A stretch of 34,525 bases of DNA from a virus (taxonomy: Duplodnaviria; Caudoviricetes). The notes under the pieces are model-generated. The model did not search any database and had not been told where the DNA came from. It saw nothing but the letters and a program-made list of their open reading frames with translations. Both the position numbers and the translations under genes were made by a program. Of this stretch, positions 15,557-24,033 are shown piece by piece. Position 1 is the stretch's first letter, and each line of letters begins with the position of its first letter. The stretch lies in the IMG/VR virus record IMGVR_UViG_3300048576_000516, positions 1 through 34,525 of that record. One strand, 5' to 3'.

Positions 15557-17448
15557 AAAAATCTTCCGCAAATAAAAATGCCGTAGCATCAGCACAGGTG
15601 GATGCGAGCCATCTTCTTGCGTCCACTCTTCGTATTCCAGTCGTTGACAATGCTCGTGATCCGTCCCGGACTCCGGCTCAGAAGGCGCACGCGGCTCAGG
15701 TCACGAATGAATCGTTGATCCATTTTCGCCCCTATCAGCGCCCGGTGTTTTTAGACCGAACATCCGGCATCCTTATCCTGCACTGGTCCCGTCAGATCGG
15801 TAAAAGCTTTACGCTTGCATCATGGGCGGTTGACCGTCTGTTGACTCAGCTTCAGTCTTACGATTTCTGGCTGATCACGGTGCTCTCGAACTCACGAGAT
15901 AATGGCGCGGAATTTGTTATTAAGTGCGCCGAAATTTGCAACAAGCTCGGAATGATGCGCGATCAAACCAAAGCGGCAACGGTGGGCGATGCTGCTGTTG
16001 TCTACTGCGACGAGGATCAATCCCCGGATATTAAATTTGAGAACATGCGAATGGAAGTCCGTATCACGATTGGCAAGCGTGTTGGTCGCATCAAGGTGTT
16101 GGCCGCCAATCCCCGCACGGCGCGTGGTTTCTCTGGCGACTTGATCTTGGATGAGTTTGCGTTCCATGAAGACAGCAACGCCATCTGGGAAGCCGCTGAA
16201 CCGATTCTGTCATCGAACCGCGAGTTCTTGTGCCGCATCGCCTCCACTGGCAATGGCAAACATAACATGTTCTACCGGATGGCAGGGAGCGACGGGTCAA
16301 AGGACGGGACGTTGTTTGTCAACGCCGCCGGGTTCTGTTGCTCGAAAGTTTCGCGGTCAGAAGCCTATAAGCAGGGTGTTAAAGTTTTTGATCCGAACAC
16401 GCGTAAAGAAATTACGCCGGACCAAGCGCGTGCAAAGTCGCTCGATAAGCGGGCCTACGATCAGAATTACGAGCTGCAATTCGCTGACGAAAACATGGCG
16501 CTCCTGACGCATGATCTGATCAGCGCGGCGGAGCGCTCGCTCATTACGATTGATAGTCAGGCGTGGACCCCGGCCAGCCTGGCGCGGATGCTACGCGCTG
16601 AGGGTGACCTGGAATGCGGACAAGACTTTGGTCGCAATCGCGATTTATCCGTGGTCTGTGTAATCGAACGCTTGGGCAATCTCCGTCGCATCATTGCGAT
16701 GCTGAGAATGGAAGGCATGCGCTCTCCGGCTCAACAGGTGCAGCTGGACCTCTTGTGCGCCATGCCGCGCTTTAAACGGCTGGAAATGGATATGACGGGC
16801 AATGGCCTTGGGCTGTGTGAATACACTCAAGAGCGCTGGGGAACGGAGCGCGTGGCTGGTGTCAACTTTGGCTCGTCGGAGCCAGTTAATGAGCATTTAC
16901 TTTCGGAAGGCCGAAAGTCACCGACCGCTCGCGTCACGGAATTAATGGCTGTCGATATGGTCGCCGTCTTTGAGGACCGCGCCATTGAAATTCCCGTCGA
17001 TCAAGATTTGCGAGATTCGCTGCGCAAGCCCGAGCGGATCACAAGCCCCGGTGGCCGCGTGTCCATCGCCGCCACGCGCGACGAAGCGGGGCACGCGGAT
17101 GAATTCTGGTCGATTGCCCTGGCGATCCGCGCCGGAAATAAATCCTCGACTCAATTCGGAGCGTGGATCGTGTTGTTGCCGTTTACTTTCTTTTTGGGCC
17201 ATGCGGCTATCTTGGGGTGCTCCCGGTCTGTTCTCAGCCGGTCTCGATTAGCCGCATGGTTCCATTCTTGTGCAATCGCCGTTAAAGCTGTGCATTCGCC
17301 GGTCCCGTTGTTTGATGACAACGGCGAATCGCGCATTTCGTTTGTGACGCGTTTTGTTTGCTGGTTGGCGTCTTTGTGCCTTCCGGCGATTAAAACGCAT
17401 CCAAGGCCCCCGCTAAAACCGATTAAAACTATCGTGGCATTGACATGA
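15553..17448 (+). CDS. terL: Large terminase (Mu gp28-like)
   Basis: SRQIGKS Walker A, LILDEFAF Walker B, ASTGNG; nuclease motifs GQDFGR..D, DMTGNG, GHADEFWS. Confidence 0.92.
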   Translation: MKKSSANKNAVASAQVDASHLLASTLRIPVVDNARDPSRTPAQKAHAAQVTNESLIHFRPYQRPVFLDRTSGILILHWSRQIGKSFTLASWAVDRLLTQLQSYDFWLITVLSNSRDNGAEFVIKCAEICNKLGMMRDQTKAATVGDAAVVYCDEDQSPDIKFENMRMEVRITIGKRVGRIKVLAANPRTARGFSGDLILDEFAFHEDSNAIWEAAEPILSSNREFLCRIASTGNGKHNMFYRMAGSDGSKDGTLFVNAAGFCCSKVSRSEAYKQGVKVFDPNTRKEITPDQARAKSLDKRAYDQNYELQFADENMALLTHDLISAAERSLITIDSQAWTPASLARMLRAEGDLECGQDFGRNRDLSVVCVIERLGNLRRIIAMLRMEGMRSPAQQVQLDLLCAMPRFKRLEMDMTGNGLGLCEYTQERWGTERVAGVNFGSSEPVNEHLLSEGRKSPTARVTELMAVDMVAVFEDRAIEIPVDQDLRDSLRKPERITSPGGRVSIAATRDEAGHADEFWSIALAIRAGNKSSTQFGAWIVLLPFTFFLGHAAILGCSRSVLSRSRLAAWFHSCAIAVKAVHSPVPLFDDNGESRISFVTRFVCWLASLCLPAIKTHPRPPLKPIKTIVALT

Positions 17449-19640
17449 AACACGGCATCTTCTCTCGAATCAGTAACGCGGCGGCGCATGTAATCCGGTC
17501 GACAGGATTGCCAGAGTCCTGGTTCAACCGCGTGATCGACACAGGATCGCTCGTTGCTGAGGACTTGCGCGAGCCTTACCGGAAATCGGTCTGGGTGCAA
17601 CGCGCCATTAAAACTATCTCTGGTCCGATCAGCTCGGTGCCGCTCGTGTTCAGCGATGACGCCGGGGAGATTATTGGACGCATGCCAGGCGAGCGGCGTC
17701 GCGCGCGGCGAGGGCCGGTGGCAGCGCCAGGTCAACGACTGGATGCGTTCTGGCAAGCGCCCGCGCTGGCCCAGGACGGCACGCGCATGGGGTTTTCAGA
17801 CTTTGTCGAGCTGTCAGTTATTTGGCTTAAGACGGCGGGCGAAGTGTTCTATCTGCTTGATGATTCCTACAAGTTGCCGTTCCCCGATGTCGCTCCCCTG
17901 GGCGGCTATACGCCGCTGATTATTTGCCGACCGGACAAGATGCGTGAAATGATTGTGAACGGCCAGTTGACGGGGTGGATGTTGACAGACGCGAACGGGG
18001 ACCGCCAGACGCTGCCAAAGGAGCAAGTCATCCAACTGCGTTACCCAAATCCCTACAATCCCTGGCGTGGGCTTTCTGAAATGGAATCGGCGGAATGCGC
18101 GGCCAATGCCGACTTCGCCGCTGGCCAATTCAACAAGTATCTCAACCAAAACAACAACGACACCGGCCCGATCATCGTTGCAAAGAACGGCATCCCCAAC
18201 GACACGCAGCGTGCGCAGATCATTGAGCAACTCCGTGAGAAGCGGCGCTTGCAGCAGATGGGTTATTACAAGCCGATATTCTTGACGGGTGACATTACCA
18301 TCGAAGACCCGAGAATCCGCGCGGTCGATCAGTCGTTCATCAACCAGCGCCTGGCGAACCGGCATGAGATCGCCCTGGCCTTCGGCGTGCCCGCGTCGAT
18401 GTTCGACATTGTGGCCAGCTACAGCGTCGGCTCTGCTAGTGACCGGTTCCGGCTGATTGAAGACACCTGCATGCCGCTGGGCGTCAAGCTTTGCGAAGTC
18501 ATTGACAAAGTCTCGGCGCGCCTCTCGGGCGTCACCGTCGAATCGTATCTCGATTGGAAAGAGCACAGTGTCATGCAACAAGTCCGCTCGGAGCGGCTCA
18601 AGGAGATTGACGTGCTTTGGGGAAAGGGAATGCCGATGGAAGAAATCAGTGAATACCTCGGCCTTGACCTGCCTGAATACGATGGTTGGGACACGGGCTA
18701 CCTGCCGTTTGGCGTCGCGCCAACAAGCGAGGCATCGCAACCGGCAACCGACGCGGCCACTGATCCGCAGTTTTCCGAGCCTTCGGAAAACGCCGACCCG
18801 AAAACCGATGACGCCATCGAGAAGATGTTCCGCGCGCTTAAGCCGTGCGCCTGCCATGGCGACTCTAACGTTGACATCGCGCGGTCGCCGCGCAAATTGG
18901 CGCTGTGGAAATCTCACATGGCCAAGCGCCGCCCGCTTATTAAGGCGTTCGCGTCCAAATTCAATCGCGTGTTGATGGAAGCGCGGGCGGAAGTCCTGGC
19001 GAAAGTCGAAAAGCACAGCAAGAGCGTCCAGACCCGCGCGGGCGTGGCCGCTGACTTCCTATTTGATCCCGCCGTGTTTGGCAAAGAGCTGGCGGTCGCC
19101 ATGCGCAACGTGGCTCTCACTGGCCTGCAAGAATCCGGCGAGCAGCTCTTTGGCGAGCTGGGAAAAGACGACGTCTTCAAGCTCCCGCCCGCAAAGGTTG
19201 TGGCTTTCCTGCACAAGCGCGAGAACCGCATGAGCGATGTTGCGGACACTGTTTACAGTGAAGTCAAAGGCACGATTGAAACCAGCCTGGACAAAGGTGA
19301 CTCCATCGCCGACATGGCAAAGGCTATTAAAGAGCGTTTTAACGACATTTCACGAGGCCGCGCAACGACGGTGGCTATGACGGAGACCAGCGCCGTCTAC
19401 GGCCAGGGACGCCAGGTGGCCATGGAAGAGGCGGGTGTCGAGTGGAAGCAATGGCTCACGAGCGGCAATGACAATGTCCGCGCCGCGCACGAAGACGCGG
19501 ATGGCCAGACCGTGCGCGTGGATCAAGAATTTGAAGTCGGCGGCGAGAAGCTCTCGCACCCGGGCGACCCGGACGGCTCTGCCGAGAACGTCATCAACTG
19601 CCACTGCGTCTCAATCGCCGTGGAATCGAAGGAAGACTGA
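17445..19640 (+). CDS. HK97-type portal fused to Mu-F/SPP1 gp7-like minor head domain
   Basis: VIQLRYPNPYNPWRGLS and EIALAFGVP portal motifs; C-terminal KQWLTSGNDNVRAAH...PGDP...INCHC. Confidence 0.88.
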   Translation: MKHGIFSRISNAAAHVIRSTGLPESWFNRVIDTGSLVAEDLREPYRKSVWVQRAIKTISGPISSVPLVFSDDAGEIIGRMPGERRRARRGPVAAPGQRLDAFWQAPALAQDGTRMGFSDFVELSVIWLKTAGEVFYLLDDSYKLPFPDVAPLGGYTPLIICRPDKMREMIVNGQLTGWMLTDANGDRQTLPKEQVIQLRYPNPYNPWRGLSEMESAECAANADFAAGQFNKYLNQNNNDTGPIIVAKNGIPNDTQRAQIIEQLREKRRLQQMGYYKPIFLTGDITIEDPRIRAVDQSFINQRLANRHEIALAFGVPASMFDIVASYSVGSASDRFRLIEDTCMPLGVKLCEVIDKVSARLSGVTVESYLDWKEHSVMQQVRSERLKEIDVLWGKGMPMEEISEYLGLDLPEYDGWDTGYLPFGVAPTSEASQPATDAATDPQFSEPSENADPKTDDAIEKMFRALKPCACHGDSNVDIARSPRKLALWKSHMAKRRPLIKAFASKFNRVLMEARAEVLAKVEKHSKSVQTRAGVAADFLFDPAVFGKELAVAMRNVALTGLQESGEQLFGELGKDDVFKLPPAKVVAFLHKRENRMSDVADTVYSEVKGTIETSLDKGDSIADMAKAIKERFNDISRGRATTVAMTETSAVYGQGRQVAMEEAGVEWKQWLTSGNDNVRAAHEDADGQTVRVDQEFEVGGEKLSHPGDPDGSAENVINCHCVSIAVESKED

Positions 19641-19642
19641 AC

Positions 19643-20344
19643 ATGGAAACCCTGCGAAAAACAATACACCCTGAAACGCGAATTATTGACAGTGCGAAAG
19701 GCATCTGTGATTACGTCGCGTCGGACGAATCCATCGACTCTTACCGCGAGGTAATCCGCGCCTCCGGCTGGCGTTTCCGCCAGTTTCAAAAGAACGCGCC
19801 GTTTGTGGACAGCCATGACTATTCGTCCATCCGAAAACTGTGCGGCAAAGTCATTGACTTTCGGCTGGAAGGCTCTCAGCTCATCGAGCGCGTGCAATGG
19901 GCCATCGACGTGCCCGATAACGAACTGGCGCGGATCGGCTGGAAGATGACCGAGGCAGGCTACCTTAAGGCCGTTAGTGTCGGCTTCCGCGCGATGCGCT
20001 ATGTGTCGCGCTGGGATTCCAACCCCGACATGGTTGAGGCATGGAACCAGCAATGCTCCGAGCTGAAGATCGACCCTGTCAACGGCCCGTGCGTCTGCAT
20101 TTACCTTGAGCAAGAGCAACTCGAACTCTCGGCGTGCATCCTGGGAGCAAATCCCAATGCCCTGGCCAAGATGGCTCAAGCCTATAAGGCGGGCGTCCTG
20201 GGCGACGCCGACATCGAAACACTTTCCCGTGAGACATCCCAACGTGAAACCGCCAATGCGACTGACAGTCCCGCTCTTGTCGCATGGGCTCGTGAGCGGG
20301 CGCGCGAAGAGTTTCTGGTGAAATTCCAACAAGCAATCCGTTAA
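19643..20344 (+). CDS. HK97-family prohead protease
   Basis: DSYREVI, DSHDY, AVSVGF, LELSACILGANPNA. Confidence 0.88.
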   Translation: METLRKTIHPETRIIDSAKGICDYVASDESIDSYREVIRASGWRFRQFQKNAPFVDSHDYSSIRKLCGKVIDFRLEGSQLIERVQWAIDVPDNELARIGWKMTEAGYLKAVSVGFRAMRYVSRWDSNPDMVEAWNQQCSELKIDPVNGPCVCIYLEQEQLELSACILGANPNALAKMAQAYKAGVLGDADIETLSRETSQRETANATDSPALVAWARERAREEFLVKFQQAIR

Positions 20345-20351
20345 TAAAATT

Positions 20352-21620
20352 ATGGCAATCACGACTGAAGAATTCCAAGAAACCGTTCTCGGTGGAGTCA
20401 AATCACTCCAGAACGAAAACAAAGAACAGAAGACAAAAACGCAACAACTGCTGTCCGACGTGGACCGTTTGAGCGGCGAAACCCGCAAGGCGCTCGAAAC
20501 GCTTGAACTGGTCAAGAATCACTCCAATAGCGTCGAGGAACGCCTCGCCGCGATCACGCGGGCGCAAGCGTCGATCCGATCTGAAGTGGATCGCAGTTGG
20601 GGCTCGCCGCTCCAGCGCATTATGCGCAACGAGGAACATAAGCTCCGCATTAACGCCGCTGTGCGACAGCTCTGTCTGGATCGTAATGAGAAACTGCCTG
20701 ATAATTTCACCAAGGCTATTGGTGAAGACACGGGCGTCGGCGCTGGCTATATCACGCCGCAACTGGCCAAGGAGATTTATGACCTAATCTCTGAATACGG
20801 CGTTTACTCGTCGTTTTTTGTCGAGCCGGTCGGCACCAAGACGGTCACGATCCCGGTCGACACCGTTCAACCGGTGTGCAACATTCTCTCGGAAGGCACG
20901 CAAATCCCCGAGGACACCAATTACGCGGGCACAAGCTCGTCGCTCAGTGTCAAGATTCTTGCGACGCTGATCCCGGTCTACCGCACATTGCTCGACGACG
21001 CCGCTTACGACGTTACAGGGCGCGTGGCGCGGTTCTTTGCCAACGCCACAGCATACCGGCTTGACTGGATGTGCCTTGGCGCCACGGGCGCTAATGATGT
21101 CGCGAATGGCGGATTCACTGGAATCTTCCCGGGCGGCAAGGCCGCTAATGCCGCCAAAGGAAACGTTAGTATCGCCGCGTTGGAATACGATGACATCGCG
21201 CGTGTGTTGACCACTGTCAACGCCCGCGTGCTCTCGAAGCGCGCCCAATGGTGGATTCACCCGCAAGTGCTCGCGCAACTCATGGGTATCAAAGACAACA
21301 ACAAGCGCCCGATCTTTATGGGTTCGCTCGAAGCGCCGGACCTGTCGCGGGGTCGCATGGGTTCGCTGCTTGGTTTCCCTGTCAATCTTGCGGACGCCGC
21401 GCCCGCCGTTGATGGCGCTAACAAACCCATTGCCGCGTTTGGCGACCCCGATGGCGGATACCTGGCCATGCGCTCGGACTTCCAATTCGAGTTCAGCGAC
21501 CACTTCCACTGGGACATGTATTCCCGGACCTTCCGGGGCATCGCCCGCGCCGCGTTCAAGATTCGCGGTGACAACGTCAATACCATCCCCTTTGCGACGG
21601 TCACTACCGCTGCGCAATAA
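20352..21620 (+). CDS. HK97-fold major capsid protein with N-terminal delta-domain-like coiled coil
   Basis: GAGYITPQ, LMGIKDNNKRPIF, LLGFPV, AFGD; follows the protease. Confidence 0.92.
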   Translation: MAITTEEFQETVLGGVKSLQNENKEQKTKTQQLLSDVDRLSGETRKALETLELVKNHSNSVEERLAAITRAQASIRSEVDRSWGSPLQRIMRNEEHKLRINAAVRQLCLDRNEKLPDNFTKAIGEDTGVGAGYITPQLAKEIYDLISEYGVYSSFFVEPVGTKTVTIPVDTVQPVCNILSEGTQIPEDTNYAGTSSSLSVKILATLIPVYRTLLDDAAYDVTGRVARFFANATAYRLDWMCLGATGANDVANGGFTGIFPGGKAANAAKGNVSIAALEYDDIARVLTTVNARVLSKRAQWWIHPQVLAQLMGIKDNNKRPIFMGSLEAPDLSRGRMGSLLGFPVNLADAAPAVDGANKPIAAFGDPDGGYLAMRSDFQFEFSDHFHWDMYSRTFRGIARAAFKIRGDNVNTIPFATVTTAAQ

Positions 21621-21633
21621 ACAGACGCCAAAC

Positions 21634-21659
21634 GCTCTCTGGTCGAGTGGCCGGAGAGC
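21634..21659 (+). promoter_or_regulatory. Intergenic RNA hairpin without U-tract (possible mRNA stabiliser)
   Basis: GCTCTCTGGTC-GAGT-GGCCGGAGAGC, with G-U pairs on the + strand. Confidence 0.5.
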
Positions 21660-21683
21660 AATGGCAAATCAAATAATCAGCCT

Positions 21684-22259
21684 ATGAATACGATAACGAA
21701 ACTCATCAAACCGATCAAACGTAGAGTGAGTAATCTTCTCTTAATTGTTGGACTGGTCTCCGCGATGTGCCTGGCCGCGCAGGCGCAACAATACGGCGCT
21801 CTCTCGTTGAGCACACCGAATAACATCGCGGCCACGACTACGGCCACTTATTGGACCAACGGAACCCTCTGGTCTCCGGCGGTATTTACGCTCACAAAAT
21901 GCGATGAAGTCGCCTTGCAGTTCACGTTCGTTGGCCTCGCGACGAACACAGGCAATGTGACGTTCGCTTTCGCCCGGTCCGGGGATGGAACGTTTTTTGA
22001 CACATCCCCTCCGGCGCACCTGACGTTCACCGTGCCGTCGAACGGCACTAACATCGCTACGTTGACAACGAACATAAATTTTGGGGCTTATGGCTACCTT
22101 GGGCTGTACTACTGGTCCAATGCCGTCTCCTCAATTCTCACTAATGTCGTCATAACAAATGTGACAACGACGATCACAGCCACGTCGACCAACTACGCAA
22201 CGAACGTGGTTGTGACGCCGATTGTCCAGGCATACAAAAAACCGCTCCGCAGAAACTGA
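21684..22259 (+). CDS. Signal-peptide-bearing Thr/Asn-rich beta protein at capsid-decoration position
   Basis: Basic n-region, LLLIVGLVSAMCL h-region, AQA/QQ cleavage site; 8 TN dipeptides. Confidence 0.8.
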   Translation: MNTITKLIKPIKRRVSNLLLIVGLVSAMCLAAQAQQYGALSLSTPNNIAATTTATYWTNGTLWSPAVFTLTKCDEVALQFTFVGLATNTGNVTFAFARSGDGTFFDTSPPAHLTFTVPSNGTNIATLTTNINFGAYGYLGLYYWSNAVSSILTNVVITNVTTTITATSTNYATNVVVTPIVQAYKKPLRRN

Positions 22260-22274
22260 TCGCCACAACAACAC

Positions 22275-22300
22275 GGGCGGCGGTTCGCCGCCGCTCTTTT
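22275..22300 (+). terminator. Rho-independent terminator
   Basis: GGGCGGCGG-TTCG-CCGCCGCTC-TTTT. Confidence 0.75.
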
Positions 22301-22313
22301 CCCCCAAAAAAAG

Positions 22314-22940
22314 ATGAACGCCGGATTCTCAAGCCTTGGAAAACTCAAAGCGCAACTCATTGCCGCGTCGATGCAGGGTAACAACAGTTACGATGACAAG
22401 GTGCTGGCTGTAGGACTGGGCGTGGCCAAACAGTTCGAGTGCTTGAGCAACCGGCTCTTCGATTGGCGTGAGAATGACACGGCAATTTTTAGCGCCGACC
22501 GCACGCATTACTATCTGCCACGCTTTCCATTTACGACGATCTCGCGCATTGAAATTCGCAATGCGACGAGCAACAACCAGTGGCAGGACTTGGGCGCGCC
22601 AAGCCAGGTGATCATCAATCAGCTTGAAGAGACTGGTTACATTTTCTTTGGCGGCATGCGCGGGCCGTCTAGCTCATTCCTGCGCGTCACCTACACTGGC
22701 GGATTTTGGTGGGACACCAGTGAGGATGACACAGGGGAGCAGCCGGATGGCTCTGCGACATTACCAGAGGATTTTCTGCTCGCCTGGCATCTCCAATGCC
22801 GAGAAATCTGGCGCAAGATTGACGTGATTGGCCAGACAATTTCAGACTCGCCTGACTCAGCGCCCGTTGAAAACGGAATGAAAATTCTCCCGATTGTCCG
22901 TGATTTGATCGACGGCATGATCCGCTATCAGTTGACATGA
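22314..22940 (+). CDS. Head-tail connector/adaptor protein
   Basis: SLGKLKAQL...RVTYTGG...LPEDFLLA pattern of gp6-like adaptors; synteny. Confidence 0.75.
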   Translation: MNAGFSSLGKLKAQLIAASMQGNNSYDDKVLAVGLGVAKQFECLSNRLFDWRENDTAIFSADRTHYYLPRFPFTTISRIEIRNATSNNQWQDLGAPSQVIINQLEETGYIFFGGMRGPSSSFLRVTYTGGFWWDTSEDDTGEQPDGSATLPEDFLLAWHLQCREIWRKIDVIGQTISDSPDSAPVENGMKILPIVRDLIDGMIRYQLT

Positions 22941-23116
22941 AAGCCCCTCCGAATCACCGCATGGTTGTCGAGGCTCAGCCCGAGCCGGATCGCGCCATTT
23001 TTCGCCGCTGCCACAAATGTGGTTTCTGGACGCAACGGAAAAGCCCGCAAGCTTGTCCGAAGTTGGTTCTTTGGTGCGAGATTTGTCGAACACACACGCC
23101 GCACAGCGCGGATTAG
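22937..23116 (+). CDS. 59-aa zinc-ribbon protein (not in ORF track)
   Basis: Hand translation: MKAPPNHRMVVEAQPEPDRAIFRRCHKCGFWTQRKSPQACPKLVLWCEICRTHTPHSAD; ATGA overlap with the adaptor gene. Confidence 0.7.
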   Translation: MKAPPNHRMVVEAQPEPDRAIFRRCHKCGFWTQRKSPQACPKLVLWCEICRTHTPHSAD

Positions 23117-23119
23117 CAG

Positions 23120-23227
23120 TTGACATGCGTAATGCGGGCGCATAGTGTCCCTCCGCACCCCGGCGCATCCGCGCATCCGGGCTTCTTTTTTTCTCCACAG
23201 TCTCCGATTACTCCGCTGGGCGGAGTG
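23120..23227 (+). promoter_or_regulatory. Late cassette copy 2
   Basis: TTGACA(23120)-17-TAGTGT; hairpin 23159-23181 followed by CTTCTTTTTTT; identical 23-mer at 23205-23227. Confidence 0.8.
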
Positions 23228-23262
23228 CGCGCCGTTCCACGTCGTGAGAATGTGAGCGCGTT

Positions 23263-24033
23263 ATGCAACGCGTCATACCAATTCTTCGTTGGCCTGGCGG
23301 CAAAAGCCGCCTGCTCAAGAAGCTTTTGCCTCAAATCCCTGAGCACCAATGCTACGGGGAAGTTTTTGGTGGTGGTCTAGCTTTATTCGGCGCGAAACCT
23401 CGCTCGCCGGTCGAAGTCGTCAACGACATCAATGGTGACCTGATCGCGCTCTACCTGAATGTGCAGCGGCATCTACCCGAACTTCTACGCCAGATCGACA
23501 TGGTCGTCAGCTCGCGCGAGCTGCTCTTTAAATACGCCAAGCAGCCTGGCCTCACAGACATGGAACGCGGCGCGCATTTTCTTGTCCGCAACCGGACATC
23601 GTTTGGCGGCGGCGGCACGTCATATGGCGTGACACGCACAGCCAAGAGTGGTGGCGCTGTGTTTGACCGGAACAAAGTTAAAGCGCTTCTGGAGCGAATG
23701 CACGAGCGCCTAAACGGTGTCGTTATCGAAAACCTGACATGGAAACGTTTCGTTGAGCTTTACGATTCGCCTGACACTTTCCTCTTCCTTGACCCGCCCT
23801 ACATCGGCGCCGATCCTAAAGCCTATGCCGGTTGGTCGGAAGCGGATGCCACCGCATTGCGCGACACGCTCAAAAATGTCAAAGGCCGTTGGATGGTTAC
23901 TATCAACGACTCGCTATTCACTCGACACCTTTTTGACGGGTGCCAGATGGAGGCTGTCTCAACAAAGAACGGAGCGGCGAATAACCGCACCCATTCCAGC
24001 GCCCGTTTTGGCGAACTCATCATCACGCCATGA
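23263..24033 (+). CDS. Dam/D12-family DNA adenine methyltransferase
   Basis: WPGGKS, EVFGGG, VVNDING, DPPY. Confidence 0.93.
   Translation: MQRVIPILRWPGGKSRLLKKLLPQIPEHQCYGEVFGGGLALFGAKPRSPVEVVNDINGDLIALYLNVQRHLPELLRQIDMVVSSRELLFKYAKQPGLTDMERGAHFLVRNRTSFGGGGTSYGVTRTAKSGGAVFDRNKVKALLERMHERLNGVVIENLTWKRFVELYDSPDTFLFLDPPYIGADPKAYAGWSEADATALRDTLKNVKGRWMVTINDSLFTRHLFDGCQMEAVSTKNGAANNRTHSSARFGELIITP

Noticed and set aside
17151-21617. Long minus-strand ORFs (17151-17756, 17814-19016, 19523-20515, 20784-21617)
   Set aside because: Antisense shadows of GC3-rich TerL, portal, protease and capsid genes.
17440-22937. TTGACA at 17440 and 22932 as extra late promoters
   Set aside because: They arise from Leu-Thr-stop/ATGA gene overlaps, with no suitably spaced -10 or cassette motif.
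13069-23227. 23-bp identical repeat as CRISPR repeat, att site or invertase site
   Set aside because: Only two copies, 10 kb apart, each in the same promoter context; no spacers, cas, integrase or invertase genes.
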